From an uncultured Nitrospiraceae bacterium (GTDB taxonomy: Bacteria > Nitrospirota > Nitrospiria > Nitrospirales > Nitrospiraceae), in contig CAVSTP010000004.1 in assembly GCA_963730935.1 (NCBI GenBank), positions 1,472,001 to 1,536,000 of the forward strand: a DNA stretch of 64,000 nucleotides. Reading direction: 5' to 3'. Below, one piece after another: positions 20,277 to 30,568 of this stretch. The stretch's first letter is position 1. Each line of letters starts with the position of its first letter. The position numbers and the translations under genes were made by a program. The notes beneath the pieces were generated by a model. The model searched no databases and was not told the DNA's origin. It saw only the letters and a list, made by a program, of their open reading frames with translations.

Positions 20277-20694
20277 AAGTGCTGAGACACTTACGCCCCC
20301 CGATGACCAAATGCAATCATTCGGAAGGAGGGGCGGAAGGAAGCGAACAGGTAATCGACGCTCCCAAGGCAAGCGGTGAATCGACGACGGGCAAGCTGTT
20401 GCCGAGACGCCTTGAAACTGGCTCGTAGGCGAGGCTCTATGCCCATAAAATAGGCAATGAGGTGCGGAGTTGCCACCTGAGAGGGTAAAAAGGCGCTTTT
20501 TTAATCATCCGCTCGTAGGCCGCCAACTGACCCTTTTAAGCCTTCCGGTCGCGTGCGACTACTACCTCTAATTTGCCGCCAGGGTCGCCACCAGTCGGCA
20601 ATCGCGCTTGTTTCCCTTATTCTCAGGTGCCTCTTGTTTACCCTTGCTCAGGCGCTTTATTGTGTACATGCAGGGGCCGCAGGGAAGAGTCGCG

Positions 20695-21225
20695 ATGAAC
20701 CGGATTCAGGTCAGCTTCCTCATTCTGCTCTACGGGACCCTCGCGTCCTGTGCGCACGCGCCGACGCCCCCGCCGGCACAGACGCCGCCGCCAGGCCACG
20801 CGTCGATCGGCGACTTTATGGATTACGTCTTGGAGCCGCTCGCCTTGCGGGTCGCGGATGAGAAGATCAGCGAAGCCAGTGCCGGCCTCAAACTGGCGCG
20901 GACGCCGAAAGGCGCCGTGCAGAGCGTCGCCAGCCTACTGCAGGATGTTCCGTGGGTCGGACCGCTGCTCAACTTTTCGACGGTGTCCCAGAAGGCCCGC
21001 CTTGAAGAGGATTTAGCGTGGCTCGAGACGCGGCGCATCCCGTTAAAACGAGAGTTATTGGATGTGTTCGTGTCGCGGACGGCTCACGCGGACGACACGT
21101 TCACGGTCTGCATTGACCGCGTCGAGCGCCGGTATCAAGCGCTGGATATCAACCGCTTCACCCGCCTACCTGACGGCCCCGGTCCCTGCGAACCGTTGCA
21201 GTTCAGTAGCCTGAAGAAAGCTTGA
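20695..21225 (+). CDS. Hypothetical lipoprotein
   Basis: MNRIQVSFLILLYGTLASC lipobox. Confidence 0.65.
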   Translation: MNRIQVSFLILLYGTLASCAHAPTPPPAQTPPPGHASIGDFMDYVLEPLALRVADEKISEASAGLKLARTPKGAVQSVASLLQDVPWVGPLLNFSTVSQKARLEEDLAWLETRRIPLKRELLDVFVSRTAHADDTFTVCIDRVERRYQALDINRFTRLPDGPGPCEPLQFSSLKKA

Positions 21226-21299
21226 GCCTCACAATTTTCGGGTCTCGTCAGCGAAACGCGAAGGTATCCCTCTCCGTTCTTAGCTTTGCGCCTGAAGTG

Positions 21300-21700
21300 C
21301 CGGCCCGTCGATGGCGAGCACCCAAATGGTCCCTCCAAGCTCGCTCGTTTCACTCCTTTAGTGTTCCAGTCATGCTCATCGATGCTATCAATGCATCTCG
21401 CGTTTGTTTATACCTCTGACAAAGAGTTGTCAGTTGCGGGTGGCGTCGACCTGGGCGCCTATCTCACCCGCCCACCCAACCGCGCCAAGACGCGGTTTTC
21501 ACCAAGCGGCCGCAGCGTTCCCGAGAATCTCGCTCTAGCTCGTCATTCTTTTCAGGGGTGGCCCGCTTAGCCTCAAACGTGCGCGCGTGAAGGAGCACCG
21601 CCTAGCTGAACATACGATTGGTCTGGTGTGCCGCCTTCCGCGAGCACAAGGAGGCTAACGGGCCGCCCTGCCTCTTTACCCTACACCGGGCGGGGTGCCA
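21300..21700. repeat. Divergent mosaic repeat locus
   Basis: CCCTCCAAGCTCGCTCGTTT, CTCACCCGCCC...CGCGCCAAGACGCG, ATACGATTGGTCTGGTGTG modules. Confidence 0.75.
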
Positions 21701-21735
21701 AGCCGGACGGGCTGGTTGGCGACAGGACCCGCAAA

Positions 21736-23843
21736 TTAGCTTTTCGCCTGAAGTGCAGGTCCATCGATCGAGAGCGTGATATGGAACGCCGTCCCCTCCC
21801 CTTCCTTGCTTTCCACCGCAATCGTCCCTCCATGCGCATCCACGACATCTTTCACAATCTTCGTGCCGAGTCCCGTGCCCCCGACCTTTCGGCTGATCGC
21901 CTTGTACGAGAAGAGACTGTCGCGGACTTCCGGTGACATGCCCTTTCCCGTGTCAATCACCGACAGCACCACGTGCTTGCCCGATTCGTCCAGGCGGCCC
22001 CGAACCGTGACCGATCCACCCGCCGGAACCTCCGGGATCGCATTGTTGACCAGGTTATAGATGCATTAAACAGCCGGCTTTCATCAGCCCGGATGACCGG
22101 CAGCGTGTCGAGTCCCTCTTCGCGGAGCGCCACCTTACCTTCATCGGCCAGGATGCGAAGGGTCTGGTACACGTTCGACACGACGTCGGCCAGGCGGCAG
22201 GGCGCAAACTGCGGAGGCCGCGTCAGGCCTTTGACCGAATCGGCGATCTCTTTGACCCGGTCGTTGATGCGCCGCGAGTTTTGCTTGATCATTTCGGTTA
22301 GTTCATGGGTTCTCTCGCGCGCGGGCTTGGCGGCTGTCACTATTGACTCAGGCAATTTTGAAAAACCTTCGCTCAGTTCCTCTTCGAGCAACTCGGCGCC
22401 GCCCGTAATGGGCATGAGCAAATTCTTGAGGTCGTGCCCGATGTCTCCCAAGACCCGCGCCACTTCGCCGAGCCGTTGCTCCTCAACAAGGCGGGCTTCG
22501 GTTTGCCGGAGCTCTTCTTCCGTCCGCTTGCGATCGACGAACAGGCCGACTTTGATCCCGATATCCGCGACCATATCGAGCACATCCTGATCCGGCTCGC
22601 GGCTCTGCCGGCTGAAAAATTCCATGACGCCATACAGCTGCTCGCCTTTGCACACGGGAAAGGCAATCCCTCCCCGGAGGCCGACTGTCGTGGCAATCTC
22701 CGTGCGGCGGAACGTCGGATCGGCACAGACATCCGGGATCCAGATCGGCTTGCCGGTGGCCCAGACGCGGCCGATGAGTCCTTCCCCCCGTTGAAAGGTC
22801 CGGTCCCGGCTGTCGTCGACGAACCCGCCGGCTTCCACGTGCGGCGCATGCCACAGGGCGACAAAGCGGAGGGCTTGTATCTGTTCATCCCTACTCCAGA
22901 ACATACCCAGCTCCCACTCGAGGCTCTCCCCGAGGGCACGCAAGACTGCCTGAGCCGCATCTTTCAGGGTCGCCGACTCGGCCAGGGCCCTGGTCACCGC
23001 GTATTCCGAGGCCAGACGCCGTCCCGACCGCTTGATCACGGCCAGCGCTGCCCGTGTGTCGCCCACCATCCGCACGTAACCACGGCTCACATAGATCAAC
23101 GCGAGCACGTACGCGATGAGTCGAACGAGATGCCACACCCACCAGGCACTGTCCCAGGGTGCGGAAAACAGGAACATCACTTCGGCCAATCCGAAGAGCA
23201 ATCCCAGCGTCGCGAGCAGCTGATGTTCCGCCCTGCCGGTCCGGCCGGCCTCGAGCCAAAACCCCGCCGCACCGGCAAGGAACAAGACGGCTGCGAATCC
23301 ATTGACCGCGAGCGCAACGGGCGCAAATTGCTCCTGCGTTGTGAATCGTGGCAGTTGATAGGGAGCGACGACGACGAACAATCCGAAGGCCATCGTCCCG
23401 CATGTGACCAGGTAAGGAATGAGGTCCCTGGTCCGCCTCCCGAGCATCCCCGGCGGATGCCACACGAACGAGAAGGCCACGCCGCCCAGTAGACTCGCCG
23501 CGCTGCGCAAGAGCACGAAGCCCTGGTCCGAAGAGGAGACGGCGTGGAACCCTTCCAGGATCCCCATGCCCAGCAGCCCGCTCGCCAGCCCCTGGAGCCT
23601 CTCATCTTCCCACTCCGCTTTCCGTGCGAGTAACACGAGGCCCATCAGGACTGCCGCCAACCCGCCCAGGGCTTCCACCGTCGAATGAAGAGGTACGTGA
23701 ATCGAGATCTGGTGCGGCCAGAGGAAGTGAACGAGCAGACCGGAGAGCAGCGCGGCGGCGACCATACCGATCGGAATGAGAGCTCGAGCCATAGCACGCC
23801 CCGCGACAGGATAGGCGAGGACATTACGATGGGGGGGAACCAA
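21736..23843 (-). CDS. Membrane sensor histidine kinase (multi-TM - GAF - HisKA - HATPase), frameshifted at about 22062
   Basis: About 7 TM helices; GEGLIGRVWATGKP GAF; GHDLKN H-box; NLVNNA, DTGKGM, GTGLG in the second frame. Confidence 0.88.
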
Positions 23844-23919
23844 GGGTCAAGCGGAGGGGCTAGCGAAGACGGTGTCTCCCTGCTCCGAGCTTCGGCTCGA
23901 CCACACTACGCTAAGGTGA

Positions 23920-24368
23920 AGGCGAATGATCGCCTCTGCTCAGCGATGGGTGAGACCGCAGGGCGCTATCACTGCTTGGCTCCGCAACTTGTTCCGTCCT
24001 TGACTTCGTCAGAACGGAACTTCGAACAGTGCGTCTCGCCATCGCCACCTGGGAAAAGGGCGCGTCCCGGGTAAACGATTGCAAAGCAATCGGTGGGTCG
24101 GTGGGTGAAAAGGATTGCCCAGGGTTGGGCGGGTGAGAATGGCGATCGCAGCGACAGGCCCTGCACCCATCGCAAGTCGCCGGAGTCGACCAATTCCCCT
24201 TCTCGGGAAGGGAATGAGCAAGCTTGGAACGACCATTCGAGCCTGCAGCAAGTCGCGGCTAAGACACCGTCTCCGCCATCGTTTGAGAAGAATAAGGCAG
24301 TCCTCATAAGCCGAGGCAAGGGACTATCCACCTCGTGAGCAGAGGAAACAAGCGAGCTTGGAAGGATT
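23920..24368. repeat. Mosaic repeat locus
   Basis: Inverse copy of 6495-6667 plus two GCAAGCTTGGAA/GCGAGCTTGGAAGG modules. Confidence 0.9.
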
Positions 24369-24370
24369 GT

Positions 24371-24832
24371 TTATAAGGTGTGCCGCTTCAATTGCTTGAC
24401 GAGGTAGAGGACGATGACCAGGTTGACGACGAGGAGGATGATCCTCGGCAACGTCACCCGCTCGATGAGCTCATAGACTTCGATCGGCACGAGCGCGCTG
24501 GTCGAGACCACCGTCAGATAGGCCGCCCACGATACTTCCAGCCACAAGCCGATTCCTTCCGCCAGCAACAGCACGGCATAGCCGAGGCTGAGCAATCCCG
24601 CCATTAGCACGCTATGAGGCTTGAGCGCATCGACCTTAAGCACCAGCGCATGCATCAGGCGGGTGTCGGCATTGATGTGGAGGAACTCAAGAAGCCGCGA
24701 AAACAAGCTCGCAATGTCGGCGTGCATCAATTCGAGCAGCCCGAACCCGACGAGCAGCAACAGTCCTCCCTTAAACAGCTTGAACACCGCGATGGCGGCC
24801 ATCCCGGTATGGTGCCGGCTCGCACGTTCCAT
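24371..24832 (-). CDS. DUF2127-family membrane protein
   Basis: AIAVFKLFKG, EGIGLW, WAAYLTVVST..LVPIEVYE, NLVIVLYL. Confidence 0.85.
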   Translation of the reverse strand: MERASRHHTGMAAIAVFKLFKGGLLLLVGFGLLELMHADIASLFSRLLEFLHINADTRLMHALVLKVDALKPHSVLMAGLLSLGYAVLLLAEGIGLWLEVSWAAYLTVVSTSALVPIEVYELIERVTLPRIILLVVNLVIVLYLVKQLKRHTL

Positions 24833-25044
24833 GACGGGATCTCTATCATAAATGCTGGCCCCATCGCGCGATTCAACAGCCAAGGTCCAATTAAGTTGGC
24901 GCCGAACTGTCGGCACGCTGCCGATATGACGACGGGATCCCTTCGTCACCCGGGTCTCCCCCCGCCATAAAAATCAGGTGGTTTTCACCAATAACGCGTT
25001 TGCTTTTACCGACTTAGGTTACCGGTCGAGGAGCGTCAGTCGCT

Positions 25045-25059
25045 TGGCACGCTCTCTGC
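25045..25059 (+). promoter_or_regulatory. Sigma54-type promoter
   Basis: TGGCAC-GCTCT-CTGC, GG-N10-GC spacing. Confidence 0.5.
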
Positions 25060-25129
25060 GATAGTCCAGAGACAACTGGGTGAAGCAGAAGGATAAGGGG
25101 TTCAAGGTCCGAGAAGAGGAGCTGTCATC

Positions 25130-25219
25130 ATGGCGTCTTGGTTAACAATCATTTTCGCTTACGTCATCATCGTCGTGGGAATTTTCAACATCGTTGTGTC
25201 TGACTACCTTCTGTTTTGA
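25130..25219 (+). CDS. 29-aa single-TM small protein (not in ORF track)
   Basis: GAGGAG RBS; MASWLTIIFAYVIIVVGIFNIVVSDYLLF*. Confidence 0.6.
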   Translation: MASWLTIIFAYVIIVVGIFNIVVSDYLLF

Positions 25220-25302
25220 CAATCAGGAGTGGCATTGCAGCCTAAGTCTCGTGTGCGATTTAGGGATCTGAGACAATTTCATGCACTGAGGAGGGAGACC
25301 AG

Positions 25303-25506
25303 ATGAGACAAATGATTTTGACTTTCTTCATGGTGATCGCCGTCGGAGCTTTCGCAATCGCCGAAGGTCGGGGTCCGAATGCCCAGACGCATCAGCAGAA
25401 GGAGACGCGCCAGCAGAATGAGGGTTGTCAGCTAATTCCCAATGGGGACCTGAACAAACAAAAGACCGAGCGAGATAGTTCAACTATGAAAGGATTGGTG
25501 TTTTGA
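25303..25506 (+). CDS. Small exported protein
   Basis: GAGGAGGGAG RBS; signal peptide. Confidence 0.65.
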   Translation: MRQMILTFFMVIAVGAFAIAEGRGPNAQTHQQKETRQQNEGCQLIPNGDLNKQKTERDSSTMKGLVF

Positions 25507-25680
25507 GATGGATAGGCCTTGCTGCTCAGGCGATGAGTGGAACCGCAGCGCGGTGTCACTGCTTGGCTCCAGGCAGCGGCGGGCCGTGCGCGGTTTCATG
25601 ACTCGCTGAAGCAGTGGTTATACGTCCAGCTGTTTACCTTCCGTGAGCACAAGAGACCACGGGGCGACCGCACTATCTTG

Positions 25681-26160
25681 CTATTTGAAATACCGTTCCA
25701 GCACTTGCGATTCCACGTCAGTGCGCTTCTGCTCGATCTTTCGCCTGTTGCTTCTCAATTCCTCTATGGTTTTCATGTATTGCGCCCGTCGCTCCGACCA
25801 TTGGTCCCCGATGGCGGCCCTGTCCTGCGGAGCCGCCTGGGCCTGCTGAATGGAGTCCAGCGAGGACACGAGATTATCGCGTTGGAGCATCCATTGGTGA
25901 AGGTGAAGTTCCCAACTTGCGAGATCTAACCCCTGCAGCTCTTGCACTCGCGGATCGGAGTCGATCGGCATCTGTTTGAGGTCGGCGATGTGGTGCTGGA
26001 GTTCTTCGATATTCCCGTTCAGCTCGATCACTCCCTGGTGCAGCATGGTGATGACCGTATCAGGCTTTGGTCCGCGTGTTTCTTTCACGACGGCCCCGCC
26101 GTCGCAGGCAGTGGCGGTCAACAAGACCAGACTAACGATCATTGCGTGGTGAGTCTTCAT
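25681..26160 (-). CDS. Coiled-coil lipoprotein
   Basis: GGAGG RBS; VLLTATAC lipobox. Confidence 0.75.
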   Translation of the reverse strand: MKTHHAMIVSLVLLTATACDGGAVVKETRGPKPDTVITMLHQGVIELNGNIEELQHHIADLKQMPIDSDPRVQELQGLDLASWELHLHQWMLQRDNLVSSLDSIQQAQAAPQDRAAIGDQWSERRAQYMKTIEELRSNRRKIEQKRTDVESQVLERYFK

Positions 26161-26199
26161 CCTCCCCTCCTCTGAACTGACTGCCATCTGCGATCCACG

Positions 26200-26694
26200 T
26201 CAACTGTAGTGAATTGCCGTGCCTTTTAAGGTCGTGATGTGCACCGAGTACTGCACCGGGACTGCTCGTTGATAGCCCCACGAGGGTCCCCATGGTCCGT
26301 AGCGATAGCCCCACGGTCCCCAATAGCCATACGGGCCGGGACCATAATAAGACGGCGCATAGTATCCCCATGGGCTATAGGCGGGCTGATACGCCACGCG
26401 TTGCTCAACGTGTGTGATCGGCGTCGAGAACACGACCGCATCGGCTCCAAGCTCAGCTGCCTTCTTGAGAAGATGTCGTTGGAGCTTGTTGAGATTGTCC
26501 GATGACGATGTTTCGCTCAGTTCGGCGATCTTGTCATATTGGTGGCCGGGAAACTGACTGAGGATGGCGACGTCCTCCATCTCGCGAGCAGGAAACGTCT
26601 CGGAGGTCAGCCGAAGGACTTGGACCTGAGAGCATCCGGCGCTCCACCCGAGAAGCAGACCCATGGCGACGACCAACATGCGAGGACTCATCAT
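26200..26694 (-). CDS. Lipoprotein with YbjQ-like core and Tyr/Gly/Pro/Trp-rich insert
   Basis: WSAGC lipobox; KKAAELGADAVV; YGPWGP repeats; LKGTAIHY. Confidence 0.75.
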   Translation of the reverse strand: MMSPRMLVVAMGLLLGWSAGCSQVQVLRLTSETFPAREMEDVAILSQFPGHQYDKIAELSETSSSDNLNKLQRHLLKKAAELGADAVVFSTPITHVEQRVAYQPAYSPWGYYAPSYYGPGPYGYWGPWGYRYGPWGPSWGYQRAVPVQYSVHITTLKGTAIHYS

Positions 26695-26769
26695 GACATC
26701 CTAACCTGTCCTCCGCCGCGAAGTCTGTAGGTGCCCGACGCGGGGCGCATAGTGCGATGATGAAAGAGA

Positions 26770-27065
26770 CACCTCGCTCGCTCGTTTCTCTCCGCAGGGC
26801 GAGAGCTGATTGATCTCCCACGGCTCGCTTCGACGAGCCATATAATGCTCCCTCCAAGCTCGCTCGCATTTCCTTCCCACAGCGAGGTGGATGGTGGGCT
26901 AACGCGCCCTGTGATGCTCCTTCCAAGCTTGCTCGTTTCTCTCTTCAGGGCGAGGGCTGATTGATCTCCCACTGCGCGCTTGGACGAGCACCGACTTTCT
27001 CACAATACGATTGATCTGGCGTGCGCGTTCGGCGAGCAAGGGAGATCAACAGCCCTAACGCCCCT
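26770..27065. repeat. Mosaic repeat locus with internal direct repeat of about 65 bp
   Basis: GCTCGTTTCTCT..CAGGGCGAG.GCTGATTGATCTCCC..C.GC.CGCTT.GACGAGC twice; ATACGATTG.TCTGG module. Confidence 0.85.
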
Positions 27066-27121
27066 CGTTCTACTGGGGACAAACCCAGCCGGTATTTTTT
27101 CCGCAGAGAATATAATGAGGG

Positions 27122-27829
27122 ATGAGCGGAAGCTTGTCGATGACGGGTATCGCCCTAGTCACGGGAGCCAATAAAGGCATCGGTCTGGAGGTCGTTCGAC
27201 AGTTGGCGACGCTCGGATGGCGCGTGTTTCTGACCGGACGCTCGCTGGCCTCGGTGCGGAAAGCGGCCTCCCCGCTTGGCCCCTCGGTCATCCCGGCCCC
27301 CCTCGACATCACCAGCAAGATCAGCGTCGAAGCCGCTTTTCATGTCGCCTCGCAGGCTGTGGATCATCTCGACGTCCTGATCAACAATGCCGGGATTCTG
27401 GACCACGACGAAGGGTCAATTTTCGAATTGCAGGCCGAGCGGCTCCGGCGAATGTTCGAAACGAATACGATTGGAGCGCTGCTCGTGAGCCAAACGTTCT
27501 TGCCGCTGCTTCGCAAGAGTCAGTCCGGCCGGATCATCAACGTTTCGACCGGAGCCGCTCAACTTTCCGACATGGGCACCTGGGCGCCGGCCTACAGCAT
27601 TTCCAAGACGGCGCTCAACGGCGTGACCGGCCAATTCGCGGCCGCACTGGCAGACTCGAACATCGCGGTCAACTCCGTCTGCCCCGGCTGGGTCAAGACC
27701 GACATGGGAGGACGCGACGCGACGCGTTCGGTCGAACAAGGCGCAGACACGATCGTGTGGCTCGCGACCGAGGCGCCGCAGTCCATGACCGGCTTGTTCA
27801 TCAGCGACCGCAAACCCATCCCCTGGTAG
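27122..27829 (+). CDS. SDR family oxidoreductase (carbonyl reductase-like)
   Basis: TGANKGIG, NNAG, YSISK, CPGWVKTDMGG. Confidence 0.93.
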   Translation: MSGSLSMTGIALVTGANKGIGLEVVRQLATLGWRVFLTGRSLASVRKAASPLGPSVIPAPLDITSKISVEAAFHVASQAVDHLDVLINNAGILDHDEGSIFELQAERLRRMFETNTIGALLVSQTFLPLLRKSQSGRIINVSTGAAQLSDMGTWAPAYSISKTALNGVTGQFAAALADSNIAVNSVCPGWVKTDMGGRDATRSVEQGADTIVWLATEAPQSMTGLFISDRKPIPW

Positions 27830-28105
27830 TGTGGGAGGTGGACGGGCGCCCCTGGTCAGCGATGGATAAGACCGCATGGCCCTGTCGCTGCTTGGCTCCG
27901 CAAACTTGGTCCGTACCGGGCTTCGCCCGCACGGACCTTCGAACACTGCGTCTCGCCATCGCCGCCGGGGAAAAGGGCGCGTCCCGGCGCGCCCGGGGTT
28001 GGGCGGGTGAGAATGGCGATCGCAGTGACAGCGCGCTGCTCCCCTCGCAAGTCGCAGGAGGCGACCGTCCCCCTCCTGTTGAAATGAAGCGAGCGAGCTT
28101 GGACC
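27830..28105. repeat. Mosaic repeat locus
   Basis: Same module order as 23965-24150 but lacking the GATTGC-AAA-GCAATC insert. Confidence 0.88.
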
Positions 28106-28147
28106 AGATTAAGCCGAAGCGCGGTCTCAGCGGAGTAGAAGGGCCGT

Positions 28148-29065
28148 ATGAATGTCGTCGTGATCGGAGGGACAGGATTCATTGGACGAGCCTTATGTAT
28201 GTTCTTGTCTCAAAAGAGCCATCGGGTGACGGTCCTCACGAGACAGGGCCGAAGCGCTTCACGGCTGTTTGGCTCTTCAGTCACGACGGTTGAGTGGAAT
28301 GGTCATGATCCAGGCGTCTGGGAGGAGAGTCTTGAAGGCACTGATGCGGTGATAAACCTGGCAGGGGCGCCGATTGCCGATGCACGCTGGACCGATGCGC
28401 GGAAACGACTCCTAACCGATAGCCGAGTGCACCTCACGCGACGTCTGGTTGAGGCGATATCGCATCGGGCTGCAAAACCGACCGTCCTCATCAGTGCCTC
28501 CGGCATCGGATACTACGGCGCAAGCGATGATCGCGTGTTAAACGAAGCGGCACCCCCGGGTCAGGGATTTCTTGCCGACCTCTGTATCGCATGGGAAGAG
28601 GAAGCGCGACGGGCGGCGGAGTTCGGCACTCGCGTCGTGGTGTTACGCTCCGGAATGGTACTCGAACGAGACGGCGGCGCGTTGCCGAAGATGCTTCTCC
28701 CATTTCGTTTGTATGTGGGCGGCCCGATCATGCCGGGGACACAGTGGGTATCGTGGATTCATAGGAGGGATCACCTCGGACTGATCGAGTGGGCATTGAC
28801 GACGCCGACTGTCTCGGGCCCCATTAACGCGGTCGCGCCAGAGCCGGAGAAGATGCAGGCGTTTTGCGCGATACTCGGACGTGTGCTTCGTCGGCCTTCC
28901 TGGATTCCAGTACCCGAAACGGTTTTATCCCTCGCACTCGGTGAGTTGGGCACGGTCATGACGACCGGTCAACGAGTGAGCCCTCAGAAGGCGCTCGCGG
29001 GTGGATACGTCTTTCAGTATCCGGCGCTCGAGACGGCCTTACAAGCCGTCCTCAAAAGGGCATAA
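28148..29065 (+). CDS. TIGR01777-family NAD-dependent epimerase/oxidoreductase
   Basis: GGTGFIG, INLAGAPIADARWT, SASGIGYYG, QWVSWIH. Confidence 0.93.
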   Translation: MNVVVIGGTGFIGRALCMFLSQKSHRVTVLTRQGRSASRLFGSSVTTVEWNGHDPGVWEESLEGTDAVINLAGAPIADARWTDARKRLLTDSRVHLTRRLVEAISHRAAKPTVLISASGIGYYGASDDRVLNEAAPPGQGFLADLCIAWEEEARRAAEFGTRVVVLRSGMVLERDGGALPKMLLPFRLYVGGPIMPGTQWVSWIHRRDHLGLIEWALTTPTVSGPINAVAPEPEKMQAFCAILGRVLRRPSWIPVPETVLSLALGELGTVMTTGQRVSPQKALAGGYVFQYPALETALQAVLKRA

Positions 29066-29099
29066 AAGCACTTCTCCTGCTCATTTCCCAGCAAGGGCG

Positions 29100-29375
29100 G
29101 CTAAAAAAGATGTGGATAACCACTTTATATTTGAAGCTGAACGGCGTGGGCTACGTAGATTGCCTCAAGGCGAACTATGGTCACACTCGCGCTGATTTAC
29201 TAATTGTATTCTTCACTGGCTGGGAAAATCCGTCACACCATATATAGTAGTGAGAAGATGCAGGGCTTCTATGCCTAACAAATAGGCAATCTGGTACCCA
29301 CTTGCTACCGGACAGCTTAAAAAAGATGTAAAAAGTTTGTTGTGCACAGATTTATCCACAGAAGGTGTGGACCCA
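29100..29375. promoter_or_regulatory. AT-rich DnaA-box cluster (candidate oriC or DnaA-titration site) with NrdR-box-like motif
   Basis: TGTGGATAA 29111-29119, TTATCCACA 29352-29360, TTGTGCACA 29340-29348; ACACCATATATAGTAG 29235-29250. Confidence 0.5.
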
Positions 29376-29434
29376 CAAATCACTATCGTTCGCGGGTCGC
29401 CATGAGAGGTCCGTGAGGGAACGAGAAGGCATCC

Positions 29435-30553
29435 CTATTTCGTTTTTCGATATGCAATCCGATAAATCACTCCCGCCTCATCATCCGACACTAACATCGA
29501 CCCATCGGGCATCTGCAGAATGTCCACCGGCCGTCCCCACGCCTGCTCGTCTTGCTGCCACCCTTCTGCGAACACCGAGTATCGCAACTTCCCGTCTTTC
29601 TGCGGCGTAGCCATCGTAATGCGATACCCGATTTTCTTGCTGCGATTCCACGAGCCATGCTCGGCAATAAAGATGCGCCCTCGATATTCGGGCGGAAACA
29701 TCGATCCCGTGTAGAACTTCATCCCCAAAGAGGCCACGTGCGGTCCTAATTCAAGGGCGGGGGCACGAAACTCGCTGCAGGGATGTTCTTTCCCGAGTTC
29801 CGGATCGCTAATGTCATTCCCATGGCAGTATGGATAGCCGAAGTGTAATCCGTCCTTGGGCGCATGGTTCAGCTCATCCGGCGGTTGATCGTCTCCCAGC
29901 CAATCCCGGCCGTTGTCCGTAAACCAGAGCTGCTTGGTTGATGGATCCCAGTCGAAACCCACCGAGTTGCGAATGCCGCGCGCGACGACTTCATAGCCTG
30001 AACCATCGGGGTTCATGCGGGCAATATGGCCATGCCGCTCGTAGTCGACTTCGCAAATGTTGCACGGCACCCCGACCGCCACATACAGTTTGCCATCGGG
30101 ACCGAACGCCAGATATTTCCAGCCGTGGTGGTGGTCTTTCGGGAGTTTATCCGTGATGACGATGGGAGCCGGCGGATCGCTCAGATGTTGTTCGATGTCG
30201 TCAAACCGTAGAATCCGATCCACGGCCGAGACATAGAGAGATCCGTTTCGATAGGCCACCCCGACCGGCATGTCCAAACCTTTGGCCAGCATGTAGACAC
30301 GGTCTGCCCGATGATCGCCATTCTCGTCCACCACGGCGTACACGCGGCCTTCTTTCCTAGTGCCGACAAAGAGCGTGCCCTTTTCTCCGCGCGCCATGCC
30401 TCTCGGGTTTTTGACATCGTTCGCATAGAGCGTAATCGAAAACCCGGGCGGTAACTTGACGCTGTCCAGCGCGAGCGAGTCAGCGCGCAGGCACTGCGCA
30501 TAGAGAACCATCGCGAAGATGGCGGTGATGAGGGCACAGAGACGCATCGTCAT
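29435..30553 (-). CDS. PQQ-dependent sugar / L-sorbosone dehydrogenase family protein
   Basis: Signal peptide; HHGWKYLAFGPDGKLYV, GIRNSVGFDW, DNGRD, PPDELN, AEHGSWNR, GRPVD. Confidence 0.9.
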   Translation of the reverse strand: MTMRLCALITAIFAMVLYAQCLRADSLALDSVKLPPGFSITLYANDVKNPRGMARGEKGTLFVGTRKEGRVYAVVDENGDHRADRVYMLAKGLDMPVGVAYRNGSLYVSAVDRILRFDDIEQHLSDPPAPIVITDKLPKDHHHGWKYLAFGPDGKLYVAVGVPCNICEVDYERHGHIARMNPDGSGYEVVARGIRNSVGFDWDPSTKQLWFTDNGRDWLGDDQPPDELNHAPKDGLHFGYPYCHGNDISDPELGKEHPCSEFRAPALELGPHVASLGMKFYTGSMFPPEYRGRIFIAEHGSWNRSKKIGYRITMATPQKDGKLRYSVFAEGWQQDEQAWGRPVDILQMPDGSMLVSDDEAGVIYRIAYRKTK

Positions 30554-30568
30554 AGGCTGTCCTTCACT

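Noticed and set aside
29292..29305. TGGTACCCACTTGC as a sigma54 promoter
   Set aside because: GG-to-GC spacing is 9 nt, not the required 10.
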